Shown here piece after piece: positions 35,986-43,875 of a stretch of DNA of 46,986 nucleotides. The number at the start of each line of letters is the position of its first letter. Positions within the stretch are counted from its first letter, which is position 1. A program made the translations under genes and the position numbers. Source of the stretch: Thermoflexus sp. (GTDB lineage Bacteria; Chloroflexota; Anaerolineae; B4-G1; SLSP01); the NCBI GenBank assembly GCA_020722365.1, contig DYKY01000002.1:8266-55251 (forward strand), written 5' to 3'. The notes beneath the pieces are model-generated. The model saw nothing but the letters and a program-made list of their open reading frames with translations, did not search any database and was not told the origin of the DNA.

Positions 35986-36826
35986 ATGATTCATCCGCAG
36001 CTTGAGAACAAAGTCATCCTGATTACCGGCGCGAACCACGGCATTGGCGCGGCGACGGCGCGGGCGTTAGCGGCGCAAGGGGCGAAAGTCTTCATTACCT
36101 TCTACCGCGTTCCGTGTCGCTACACGGAACAAGAACTGGTGCAGGCGCTCGACGCCGGGACCGGTGGGGACGCGCTGTACTGCGCGATCCAGCAGCGGAC
36201 CGCCGACGCGCTCGTGGACGACATCCGGGCGCAGGGCGGGCCGCCGTGGCGCTTGAGGCCGACCTTGCTGATCCCGCCACCGTCCCGTTGCTCTTCGACC
36301 GCTGCGAAGCCGAACTCGGTCCGGTGGACGTACTCGTCAACAACCACACCTACTGCGTCCTCGAAACCTTCGACCCGGCCCGCGTCACGGATGAAGAGAG
36401 CGGCGTCCGTTTGCTCACCGCGCCCGTCATCGACGCGCACTTCGCGGTCAATGCGCGCGCCTACGCCCTGCTGATGGCCGAGTATGTCCAACGCTACCTG
36501 AAACGGAACGCGCGCTCAGGCCGCATCATCAACCTGAGCACCGATGCCGCGCACGCCCACGAGTCCAACGTCAGCTACGCCGCCAGCAAGCACGCGATTG
36601 AATCGTACAGCCGTTCGGCGGCTTCGGAACTGGGGCAGTATACGGCATCACCGTCAACATCGTGGCTCCTGGTCCGATCCAGACCGGCTACATCACGCCG
36701 CAGTCGGAAGCGGAGATTGCCGCCGGGACCCCGCTTGGCCGCATCGGCGAACCTGAAGACGTGGCGGACGTCATCGTCTTCTTCGCCTCCGAGCAGGCGC
36801 GATGGCTGACGGGGCAACTGCTGTAG
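35986..36826 (+). pseudogene. SDR-family oxidoreductase with two frameshifts and a truncated 3' end
   Basis: TGANHGIG in frame 1; VLVNN and YAASK in frame 2 after ~36241; GITVNIVAPGPIQT..WLTGQLL* in frame 3 after a TA duplication at ~36640. Confidence 0.88.
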
Positions 36827-36963
36827 AATCCGAAGAAGTCCAGCCGGGGGTGATTCTGGACTTTGACGCTAATGGGCGTGTGGTGAGGGTAGAGATGCTG
36901 ACGCTAAGTTTGCGCGTTGAGCCGGAAAAATTGCGAATGTTGCAGTTTGAAACGGTTGGGTAA
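36823..36963 (+). pseudogene. 3' fragment of a DUF2283-like gene
   Basis: Manual translation VESEEVQPGVILDFDANGRVVRVEMLTLSLRVEPEKLRMLQFETVG*; no start codon or N-terminus. Confidence 0.7.
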
Positions 36964-36986
36964 GAGGGTCTAAAGGAGTCACCAGG

Positions 36987-37268
36987 GTGGAATCGCAATA
37001 TGAAATAATCTGGACTGACTATATGCGTTATAGGGCAGAATTGCGTGGTTTTGAGCTTGCCAGGATTGAAGCTATTGTCAGGTATTCAAATGAGTGGTAT
37101 ATGGATGTCGAGACTGGACGCTCGATCGTAGTTGGACGCATAAATGATATACTGGTGATGGTTCCGTGTGATATTGCACCGGAGGCGATCACGCCCGTCA
37201 CGATTCATGCCACAACGCGCCAGCAGATTAATTTTCGGCTTAAAACAGGGAGATTTACCCATGAGTGA
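36987..37268 (+). CDS. Putative toxin (DUF4258/RelE-like) of a two-gene TA-like module
   Basis: 93 aa, WTDYMRYRAELRG..VTIHATTRQQ; AAGGAG RBS; overlaps the downstream DUF2283 gene. Confidence 0.6.
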   Translation: MESQYEIIWTDYMRYRAELRGFELARIEAIVRYSNEWYMDVETGRSIVVGRINDILVMVPCDIAPEAITPVTIHATTRQQINFRLKTGRFTHE

Positions 37269-37497
37269 AACGCGAATGATGTATTTTGAGAAAGAGGATG
37301 TTTTACATTTAAGTATTTCGGATGAACCCGAAATGGGTAGCGTTGAGTTGGGGCCTAATATCACCGTAGAATTAAATGCCAAGGGGGAAATTATTGGCGT
37401 TGAAATTCTAGCCGCCAGTCATTTCATTCGAGACTCGATTATGGAATCCGTGCAGGCTAAAGTTTTGCGTATCCCCGAACTGCAACCGGCTTGGTGA
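37261..37497 (+). CDS. DUF2283-family protein (putative antitoxin)
   Basis: YFEKEDVLHL..SVELGPNITVELNAKGEIIGVEILAAS; start ATG 37261. Confidence 0.8.
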   Translation: MSETRMMYFEKEDVLHLSISDEPEMGSVELGPNITVELNAKGEIIGVEILAASHFIRDSIMESVQAKVLRIPELQPAW

Positions 37498-37500
37498 TTT

Positions 37501-37971
37501 ATGAACATCGGCATCATCGTCTATTCCCTCACCAACCATACCCTGACGGCGGCTACGCGCCTGAAAGAAAAACTGTCCGCGGATGAGCACGAAGTGACCC
37601 TGGAACGGGCGGAAACCGTCGGCCCGGCGAAGCCGCAGTTCGAGAACGCTGAACTGAAGACAAAGCCCCCGGTTGATGGCTACGACGCGCTGGTGTTTGC
37701 CTGCCCCGTGCGGGGAGGCACGATTCCATCGCCGATGAAGCGCTATCTGGAGCAGATTCCGTCGTTGCAGGATAAGAAAGTGGCGTGTCTGGTCACGCAC
37801 TTCTTCCGGCGGGAGTGGGGGGCCAACCAGGTGCTCGCGGCAATGCAGGCACTCTGCGAATCCAAAGGCGCGACCGTCCGCGGAACGGGCGATGTGCGAT
37901 GGTTCAGCCTGCATCGCAAGCAGCAGATTGCACAGGTTGTTGAGAACGTGAGTCAGTTATATGGCAGTTAA
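37501..37971 (+). CDS. Flavodoxin-like protein
   Basis: IIVYSLTNHT FMN loop, YDALVFACPV, LQDKKVACLVT. Confidence 0.85.
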   Translation: MNIGIIVYSLTNHTLTAATRLKEKLSADEHEVTLERAETVGPAKPQFENAELKTKPPVDGYDALVFACPVRGGTIPSPMKRYLEQIPSLQDKKVACLVTHFFRREWGANQVLAAMQALCESKGATVRGTGDVRWFSLHRKQQIAQVVENVSQLYGS

Positions 37972-38923
37972 CAGAGATAAGCCGGATAGATGGAAAGACG
38001 ATATGGCGCAGTCGGTGGATATGTACAACGACTGGTTTATGCGCTTTGCGCCTGAGGCCTATCGAACTACGCGTGTGCAGACAACCAACGATGTCGAGGC
38101 GACGCTCAAAGCAACCAGGAACCTGATGGATGTCGGGGTGGAGCTACTGAAGACGCGCCCGTCGGTGTTGCCATCACTGCGAATGTGCACTTGTCCACCG
38201 CTGGCTGTGGACCGGTTGATCGGACTCGCCGGTGTATCGGGAAACCTCGTCAAGGTTATGGAAAAGCACAATAGGTTGCCGTTGCGCATGTCTCAGGTTG
38301 AGCTAGACCGTGATCTTGAAAAGATTGGAGCGACTATCGAGAGGATGGCCGACCCAGATATATTCGTCTGGCTGGAACGCGGCAATGATCCGTCGGAACT
38401 GGAGTTGTATCGCGCCGCAACGATTGTCGCAGACCGCTTGTGCGGCGCTGTCGCCAATCCGATCATCCGCAATGCACAGGAAAAGCGCCAGCTTGCCGCA
38501 ATCGGTGAGTGGCTCACGGCTTTGGGCTACCGGAATTTGCCGGCAGGCGAGGGGACGAAGTTCGACGCGATGCAGCCGGGGACATTTTCATTCCGATTGA
38601 ACGTGCCTGTTGAACAGGAAGGCACGGGCAAGACGATCAATATTCCGGTAGATGCCGTTGTTATGCCGAAGACGGCGCGACCAGGCGACCTGCCGTTGCT
38701 GATCGAGGCGAAGTCGGCAGGGGATTTTACGAATGTCAACAAGCGCCGCAAGGAAGAAGCCACGAAGATGAACCAGTTGCGCCGGACTTACGGAAAGGAC
38801 GTGCGGTTCATCCTGTTCCTGTGCGGGTATTTCGACAGCGGGTATCTCGGCTACGAGGCGGCAGAAGGCATCGACTGGGTATGGGAGCACCGTATCGACG
38901 ATCTCCGGGAGTTTGGCCTGTAG
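37961..38923 (+). CDS. Type II restriction endonuclease, XamI family
   Basis: PVD..IEAKSAGD PD-(D/E)XK core; NVNKRRKEEA, GYFDSGYLGYEAAEGIDWVWEHR. Confidence 0.85.
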   Translation: MAVNRDKPDRWKDDMAQSVDMYNDWFMRFAPEAYRTTRVQTTNDVEATLKATRNLMDVGVELLKTRPSVLPSLRMCTCPPLAVDRLIGLAGVSGNLVKVMEKHNRLPLRMSQVELDRDLEKIGATIERMADPDIFVWLERGNDPSELELYRAATIVADRLCGAVANPIIRNAQEKRQLAAIGEWLTALGYRNLPAGEGTKFDAMQPGTFSFRLNVPVEQEGTGKTINIPVDAVVMPKTARPGDLPLLIEAKSAGDFTNVNKRRKEEATKMNQLRRTYGKDVRFILFLCGYFDSGYLGYEAAEGIDWVWEHRIDDLREFGL

Positions 38924-40510
38924 ATGATGACAACAGCGATTGCCGAACTTGAGGCGCGACGACTGGCCTTGCAAGATGCGTTGGACGCGAAGAAAGAAGC
39001 GGCCGAACGGAATAGGATGGGGCAATTTGCGACACCCACTCAATTGGCCGTTGACATTCTGCGGTATGCCAGGGCGCAACTCGGCAAGAGCGAGAACGTG
39101 CGTTTCATTGACCCAGCAATCGGTACGGGAGCGTTCTATTCGGCCCTGCTCGACGTGTTCTCGAAGGAGCGTATCGGTGCGGCGGTCGGGTACGAGATCG
39201 ATCCATACTACGGTGCGCCAGCAGCAGAATTGTGGCGCGACACGGGACTGGATATCCGTCTCGAAGACTTTACACGGGCCGAAGCGCCGGCGGATACCGA
39301 AAAGTTTGATCTGCTGATCTGCAATCCGCCCTATGTACGACATCACCACCTCATCAACGGCGAGAAACAGCGCTTGAAGCTGCGCGCGCAGGATGTCTGC
39401 GGCGTCGAGATCAGCGGGCTGGCCGGGCTGTATTGCTATTTCCTCGGTCTGAGCCACGCGTGGTTGAAAGATGGCGGATTGGCCGGATGGCTTATCCCGA
39501 GCGAATTTATGGATGTGAACTACGGTGTTGCGGTGAAGCGGTATCTGCTCGACAAGGTGACGTTCCTGCACATTCACCGGTTCGACCCCAACGACGTGCA
39601 GTTCAATGATGCGCTTGTATCGTCAGCCGTGGTGTGGTTTCGCAAGGAGCCGCCGTCGCCGGAGCAGCAAGTACGGTTCACTTACGGCGGTTCGCTGCAA
39701 CGGCCGAAGTTGGAACGCCTGGTGCCGGTCGAGACGTTGCGTCGCGATCCGAAGTGGACGCGCTACCCGCTGAAGGAGAGCTACGAACCCACTGAAGGAC
39801 CGGTTCTGAGCGATTTCTTCAAGATCAAGCGTGGCCTGGTTACGGGAAACAACGATTACTTCATCCTGCCGGTCGAGGAAATCGCGCGGCGCGGATTGCC
39901 GATGGAGGCATTCAAGCCGATACTGCCGAGTCCCAGGGACTTGCCGGATGACGAGGTCAAAGCGGACAAAGCAGGCAATCCCATTCTTGAGAAGCAGTTG
40001 TTCCTTCTGGATCCCCCGTGGACCGAAGAGAAAATTAGAAACCATTACCCGAAGTTGTGGGCGTATCTCGAAGAGGGTAAAGCGCAGGGGGTCGCGGAAA
40101 GCTATCTGTGCAGGCATAGAAATCCCTGGTATGCCCAGGAAGATCGCCCGCCGGCGCCATTTGTATGTACTTATCTTGGCCGGAGCGACAAAAAGAACGG
40201 GCGGCCGTTCCGCTTCATCCTGAACCACTCGCAGGCGACGGCCGCGAATGTGTATTTGATGCTCTATCCAAAGTCGCCGCTTGCGCGCGCTCTACAGGAT
40301 AGCCCGGAACTGAAACGGCGGGTTTGGCTGTGTCTGAACGAGATTTCCACGAAGGCGCTGCTCGCTGAAGGCCGCGTCTACGGCGGCGGGCTGCACAAGC
40401 TCGAACCGCGCGAACTTGGCAATGTACCCGCCAGGTTTATACTGGACTTGTTGCCGGATGTTCGCGCGCCAAAGGTCCCTAAACAACTTGGACTCTTTGC
40501 CGGGGCATGA
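38924..40510 (+). CDS. N6-adenine DNA methyltransferase (gamma class), cognate to the XamI-like REase
   Basis: GQFATP, DPAIGTGAF (SAM), CNPPYVRHH, GRVYGGGLHKLEPREL. Confidence 0.9.
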   Translation: MMTTAIAELEARRLALQDALDAKKEAAERNRMGQFATPTQLAVDILRYARAQLGKSENVRFIDPAIGTGAFYSALLDVFSKERIGAAVGYEIDPYYGAPAAELWRDTGLDIRLEDFTRAEAPADTEKFDLLICNPPYVRHHHLINGEKQRLKLRAQDVCGVEISGLAGLYCYFLGLSHAWLKDGGLAGWLIPSEFMDVNYGVAVKRYLLDKVTFLHIHRFDPNDVQFNDALVSSAVVWFRKEPPSPEQQVRFTYGGSLQRPKLERLVPVETLRRDPKWTRYPLKESYEPTEGPVLSDFFKIKRGLVTGNNDYFILPVEEIARRGLPMEAFKPILPSPRDLPDDEVKADKAGNPILEKQLFLLDPPWTEEKIRNHYPKLWAYLEEGKAQGVAESYLCRHRNPWYAQEDRPPAPFVCTYLGRSDKKNGRPFRFILNHSQATAANVYLMLYPKSPLARALQDSPELKRRVWLCLNEISTKALLAEGRVYGGGLHKLEPRELGNVPARFILDLLPDVRAPKVPKQLGLFAGA

Positions 40511-40536
40511 GAGCTTGCTAACAATGGCTTACCGCC

Positions 40537-40713
40537 GTGGTCACGCATTTCTTCCAGCGAGAGTGGGGGGCCAACCAGGTGCTTGCGTCGATGCAGACGC
40601 TTTGTGAATCCAAGGGCGCGACTGTCCGCGGCGTGGGCGATATGCGCTGGTTCAGCTTGCATCGTGAGCAGCAGATCGCGCTGGTTGTTGAGGACTTGAG
40701 TAGGTTGTTTTGA
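40537..40713 (+). pseudogene. Second, diverged copy of the flavodoxin 3' end (58 codons)
   Basis: Gap-free manual alignment to 37789-37962: 144/174 nt identical. Confidence 0.92.
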
Positions 40714-40730
40714 GTTAAGGACTGGTTTTT

Positions 40731-41825
40731 ATGACGACAAGACTGTTTGAGCAAGCCAAAAAGAATAAAGCGGACGAGTTTTACACGCAACTGCCGGATA
40801 TCGAGGCGGAAATGCGCCATTATCGCGAGCAGTTTCGTGGTAAGGTCATTTTTTGCAATTGCGACGATCCGTACGAGAGCAATTTTTTCAAATACTTTGC
40901 GATGAATTTCAATTTCTTGGGTCTCAAAAAGCTGATCGCGACGTGCTATACCGAATCCCCTGTTGTGGGTGAGCAATTGTCGTTGTTTGACGTAAAAAGT
41001 CTCGACATGCCAAACGGAGATGCTAAACTTCCTTACAAAATTGAGATTACTGAAGTCAGGGATGAAAACGCTGACGGTGCGGTTGATCTGGCAGACGTTG
41101 AGTATCTGCTCAAAAACAGAAGAAACACGCTCACGTTGTTGCAGGGCAACGGCGATTTTCGTTCCCCCGAATGTATCGAATTGCTGCAAGAAGCCGATAT
41201 CGTGGCAACCAATCCGCCGTTTTCGTTGTTCCGTGAGTATGTGGCGCAGTTGGTTGAGTATGACAAGAAATTTATCATTATTGGCAGCAAAAACGCTATA
41301 ACGTATAGAGAGATTTTCAAGCTGATACAAGAAAACAGACTTTGGCTCGGTAATGGTTTTCCAAATGGAAATGCTTTTTTTAGAATCCCTGCGGAATATT
41401 CACGCGAATGGGCAAACGGGGTATATGATCCAGAGACAGGGTTAGTGAAATTTCGTAACGTTGGCTGGTTCACGAATTTGGATTTTGAGAAACGCCACGA
41501 ATCCATAACTTTATACAAGCCCTATACTCCCGAAGAATACCCGCGCTATGTCAATTACGACGCTATCGAAGTGTCGAAAACCGCCGAAATCCCCTACGAT
41601 TATGACGGAGAAATGGGCGTTCCAATTACATTCCTCGATAAATACAATCCTGAACAGTTTGAGATTATTGGGTCAAGCAGGCTTGTTGGAAAGCCGATGT
41701 CTCAATTTGCCCAAAAAGGAGCCTATGTAGAGGGTGGCATGAGGTTCTATCTTCGGAATGGGGATGGCACTTATCAACGTCTTTACGACAGGATTGTGAT
41801 CAAGCGGAAAGGCAGTCAACAATGA
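40731..41825 (+). CDS. Adenine-specific DNA methyltransferase, EcoRI family
   Basis: AKKNKADEFYT, CNCDDP.ESNF, GDFRS.EC, TNPPFSLFREY, MGVPITFLDKYNPEQF. Confidence 0.9.
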   Translation: MTTRLFEQAKKNKADEFYTQLPDIEAEMRHYREQFRGKVIFCNCDDPYESNFFKYFAMNFNFLGLKKLIATCYTESPVVGEQLSLFDVKSLDMPNGDAKLPYKIEITEVRDENADGAVDLADVEYLLKNRRNTLTLLQGNGDFRSPECIELLQEADIVATNPPFSLFREYVAQLVEYDKKFIIIGSKNAITYREIFKLIQENRLWLGNGFPNGNAFFRIPAEYSREWANGVYDPETGLVKFRNVGWFTNLDFEKRHESITLYKPYTPEEYPRYVNYDAIEVSKTAEIPYDYDGEMGVPITFLDKYNPEQFEIIGSSRLVGKPMSQFAQKGAYVEGGMRFYLRNGDGTYQRLYDRIVIKRKGSQQ

Positions 41826-42904
41826 AAATCGAATTGCACGAAATCACCGTCCGCGACGTAGCGGGAAACTACGTTGATAACGCCGAAGAAGGCGTCGTAG
41901 GTTATAACGGCAGGCTCAATATCCGCCCGAAATACCAGCGCGAGTTTGTCTATGATGAGAAGAAGCGCAACGCCGTGATGGATACGATTTGCAAAGAATT
42001 TCCGCTCAATGTGATGTATTGGGTAAAAAACGAAGACGGGACTTTTGAAGTTTTGGACGGGCAACAACGGACGATCAGTTTTTGCCAGTACGTCAAAGGC
42101 GATTTTTCCGTAGACAATCGCGCCTTTCACAACCTCACGAACACCGAACAAGAGCAGATATTAAACTATAAGCTGATGGTCTATTTCTGCGAGGGCAACG
42201 ATAAGGAGAAACTGGATTGGTTCAGAATCATCAATATTGCCGGCGAAAGGCTCACCGACCAGGAATTAAGGAACGCTGTCTATACCGGAACCTGGCTGAC
42301 CAGCGCCAAATCCATCTTCAGCAAAAGCAACTGCGCGGCGTATCTTTTAGCCAAAGACTATGTGAATGGCTCGCCGATACGTCAAGAAATCCTCGAAACG
42401 GCTTTAGGTTGGATTTCAAACGGCGAGATTGAAAAATACATGTCCATTCACCAACACGACCCCAATGCGAATGAGTTATGGATATATTTCAGGAATGTGA
42501 TTGAATGGGTCAAACTCACCTTTACGACCTACCGCCGGGAAATGAAGGGCATTAACTGGGGCAGTCTGTATGGTCAATTCAAAGGTGATATGTTTGACAC
42601 GCAACAGTTAGAGCGGGAAATACAAGCTCTGATGACGGATGATGATGTCACAGCCAAGAAGGGCATCTATCCGTATGTACTGACTCGCAACGAAAAATAC
42701 TTGAATGTTCGCGCTTTTACCGACAGTCAAAAAAGAGCGGCATACGAAAGGCAGAAAGGCATCTGTGTAAGATGCGGCAAACACTTTGAATTGCGCGACA
42801 TGGAAGCAGACCATATTACTCCCTGGCATCTTGGCGGAAAAACAGTACCAGAGAACTGTCAAATGCTTTGCATGGAGTGCAATCGGACAAAGTCTGGCAA
42901 ATAA
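41822..42904 (+). CDS. DUF262 (ParB/Srx-like, GmrSD-type) + HNH endonuclease
   Basis: PKYQREFVY, LDGQQR, F..IN..G..L; C-terminal CVRC..EADHITPW..GGKT..NCQMLCMECN. Confidence 0.88.
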   Translation: MKIELHEITVRDVAGNYVDNAEEGVVGYNGRLNIRPKYQREFVYDEKKRNAVMDTICKEFPLNVMYWVKNEDGTFEVLDGQQRTISFCQYVKGDFSVDNRAFHNLTNTEQEQILNYKLMVYFCEGNDKEKLDWFRIINIAGERLTDQELRNAVYTGTWLTSAKSIFSKSNCAAYLLAKDYVNGSPIRQEILETALGWISNGEIEKYMSIHQHDPNANELWIYFRNVIEWVKLTFTTYRREMKGINWGSLYGQFKGDMFDTQQLEREIQALMTDDDVTAKKGIYPYVLTRNEKYLNVRAFTDSQKRAAYERQKGICVRCGKHFELRDMEADHITPWHLGGKTVPENCQMLCMECNRTKSGK

Positions 42905-42925
42905 AGAGTGCCGCTGAGTTATTAA

Positions 42926-43087
42926 GCTCTCGCAGCCGTGCTCAGGGATTTCAACCACCTCGTTCTGGAAGATGTTCCCATCCCTGAACCGAAATTGGGG
43001 GAAGTCGTTGTCTGCATCAAGGCGTGCGGCATTTGCGCTACCGATTACAAAGCGATTAATGGAATTTGGTGTAGTGTGGATTGTTAA
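42926..43087 (+). pseudogene. 5' fragment of a Zn-dependent (MDR) alcohol dehydrogenase
   Basis: Manual translation LAAVLRDFNHLVLEDVPIPEPKLGEVVVCIKACGICATDYKAING then unrelated sequence and a stop; no ATG. Confidence 0.8.
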
Positions 43088-43115
43088 TCTGTAGAAATTC
43101 GCTTCAGGAGGTACA

Positions 43116-43493
43116 ATGAGCGTTGAGTTGAAAGAACCCCGCTTGTTGGCGCGTGTCGAGCGATTGGCTGCCGACTGCACACAACCGGCAGAACGTATTG
43201 TGGAAATGGCCGTGCAACTCTATTTGGACAAGCTGGACGCGGACGCCATTCACGCAGAAACCGAAGCCTTTTGGACGATGCACGCGGAGTTGGTCGCCCA
43301 GTACGCCAACCACCACGTAGCGATTTATGAGGGTGAAATCGTAGATCATGACCAGGATGCGCGACGTTTGGAAGCACGTATCCGGGAGCGATTCGGCGCT
43401 GCGCCAGTGTTGATCGCGCAGGTGACCCCGCACGCGCGGCGTGACTTGCGGTGGCGCGGCGGACGATTGGAAAGACTTGGAGCAACGCTATGA
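43116..43493 (+). CDS. Small antitoxin-like protein (DUF5678-like C-terminus)
   Basis: AGGAGG RBS; ELVAQYANHHVAIYEGEIVDHD; ATGA overlap with the protease gene. Confidence 0.6.
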   Translation: MSVELKEPRLLARVERLAADCTQPAERIVEMAVQLYLDKLDADAIHAETEAFWTMHAELVAQYANHHVAIYEGEIVDHDQDARRLEARIRERFGAAPVLIAQVTPHARRDLRWRGGRLERLGATL

Positions 43494-43867
43494 CGGTGAC
43501 GCCCTATAACACAACGTATGATCCCCTTGTGCCGGTGTGTGATATCACTTTGGAATCAGCAGAGGGCGCACGGGTAACGCTTGTGGCTTTGATCGATACC
43601 GGCGCAGATGCCACTTTGATACCTGTCCCCCATCTGCGTGCTATCGGTGCGCGGCGGGTGTTTGAAATGGGATTGCGGAGACAATGGGGCGAACGGCGCA
43701 TGGTGTACTTGTATCTGGTGGATGTCCATGTCGGCGGGGTGACGTTACCCGGTGTCTATGTGGTGGGTGATGAAATGGGCGATGAGGTGATTTTGGGACG
43801 CGATGTGCTGAATCGTTTGCGCATCACACTTGACGGCCCGGCGTTGTTGACCCGATGGTTGGAGTGA
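43490..43867 (+). CDS. Retroviral-like (clan AA) aspartyl protease
   Basis: ALIDTGADATLIP and ILGRDVL motifs. Confidence 0.85.
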   Translation: MTVTPYNTTYDPLVPVCDITLESAEGARVTLVALIDTGADATLIPVPHLRAIGARRVFEMGLRRQWGERRMVYLYLVDVHVGGVTLPGVYVVGDEMGDEVILGRDVLNRLRITLDGPALLTRWLE

Positions 43868-43875
43868 GAGATAGT

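Noticed and set aside
35986-36826. Programmed frameshifting in the SDR gene
   Set aside because: Two separate shifts plus a truncated end and no slippery heptamer; decay (or sequencing error) fits better
35986-43867. Classical integron or IS-borne island
   Set aside because: No IntI or transposase, and no repeated attC-like palindromes between cassettes
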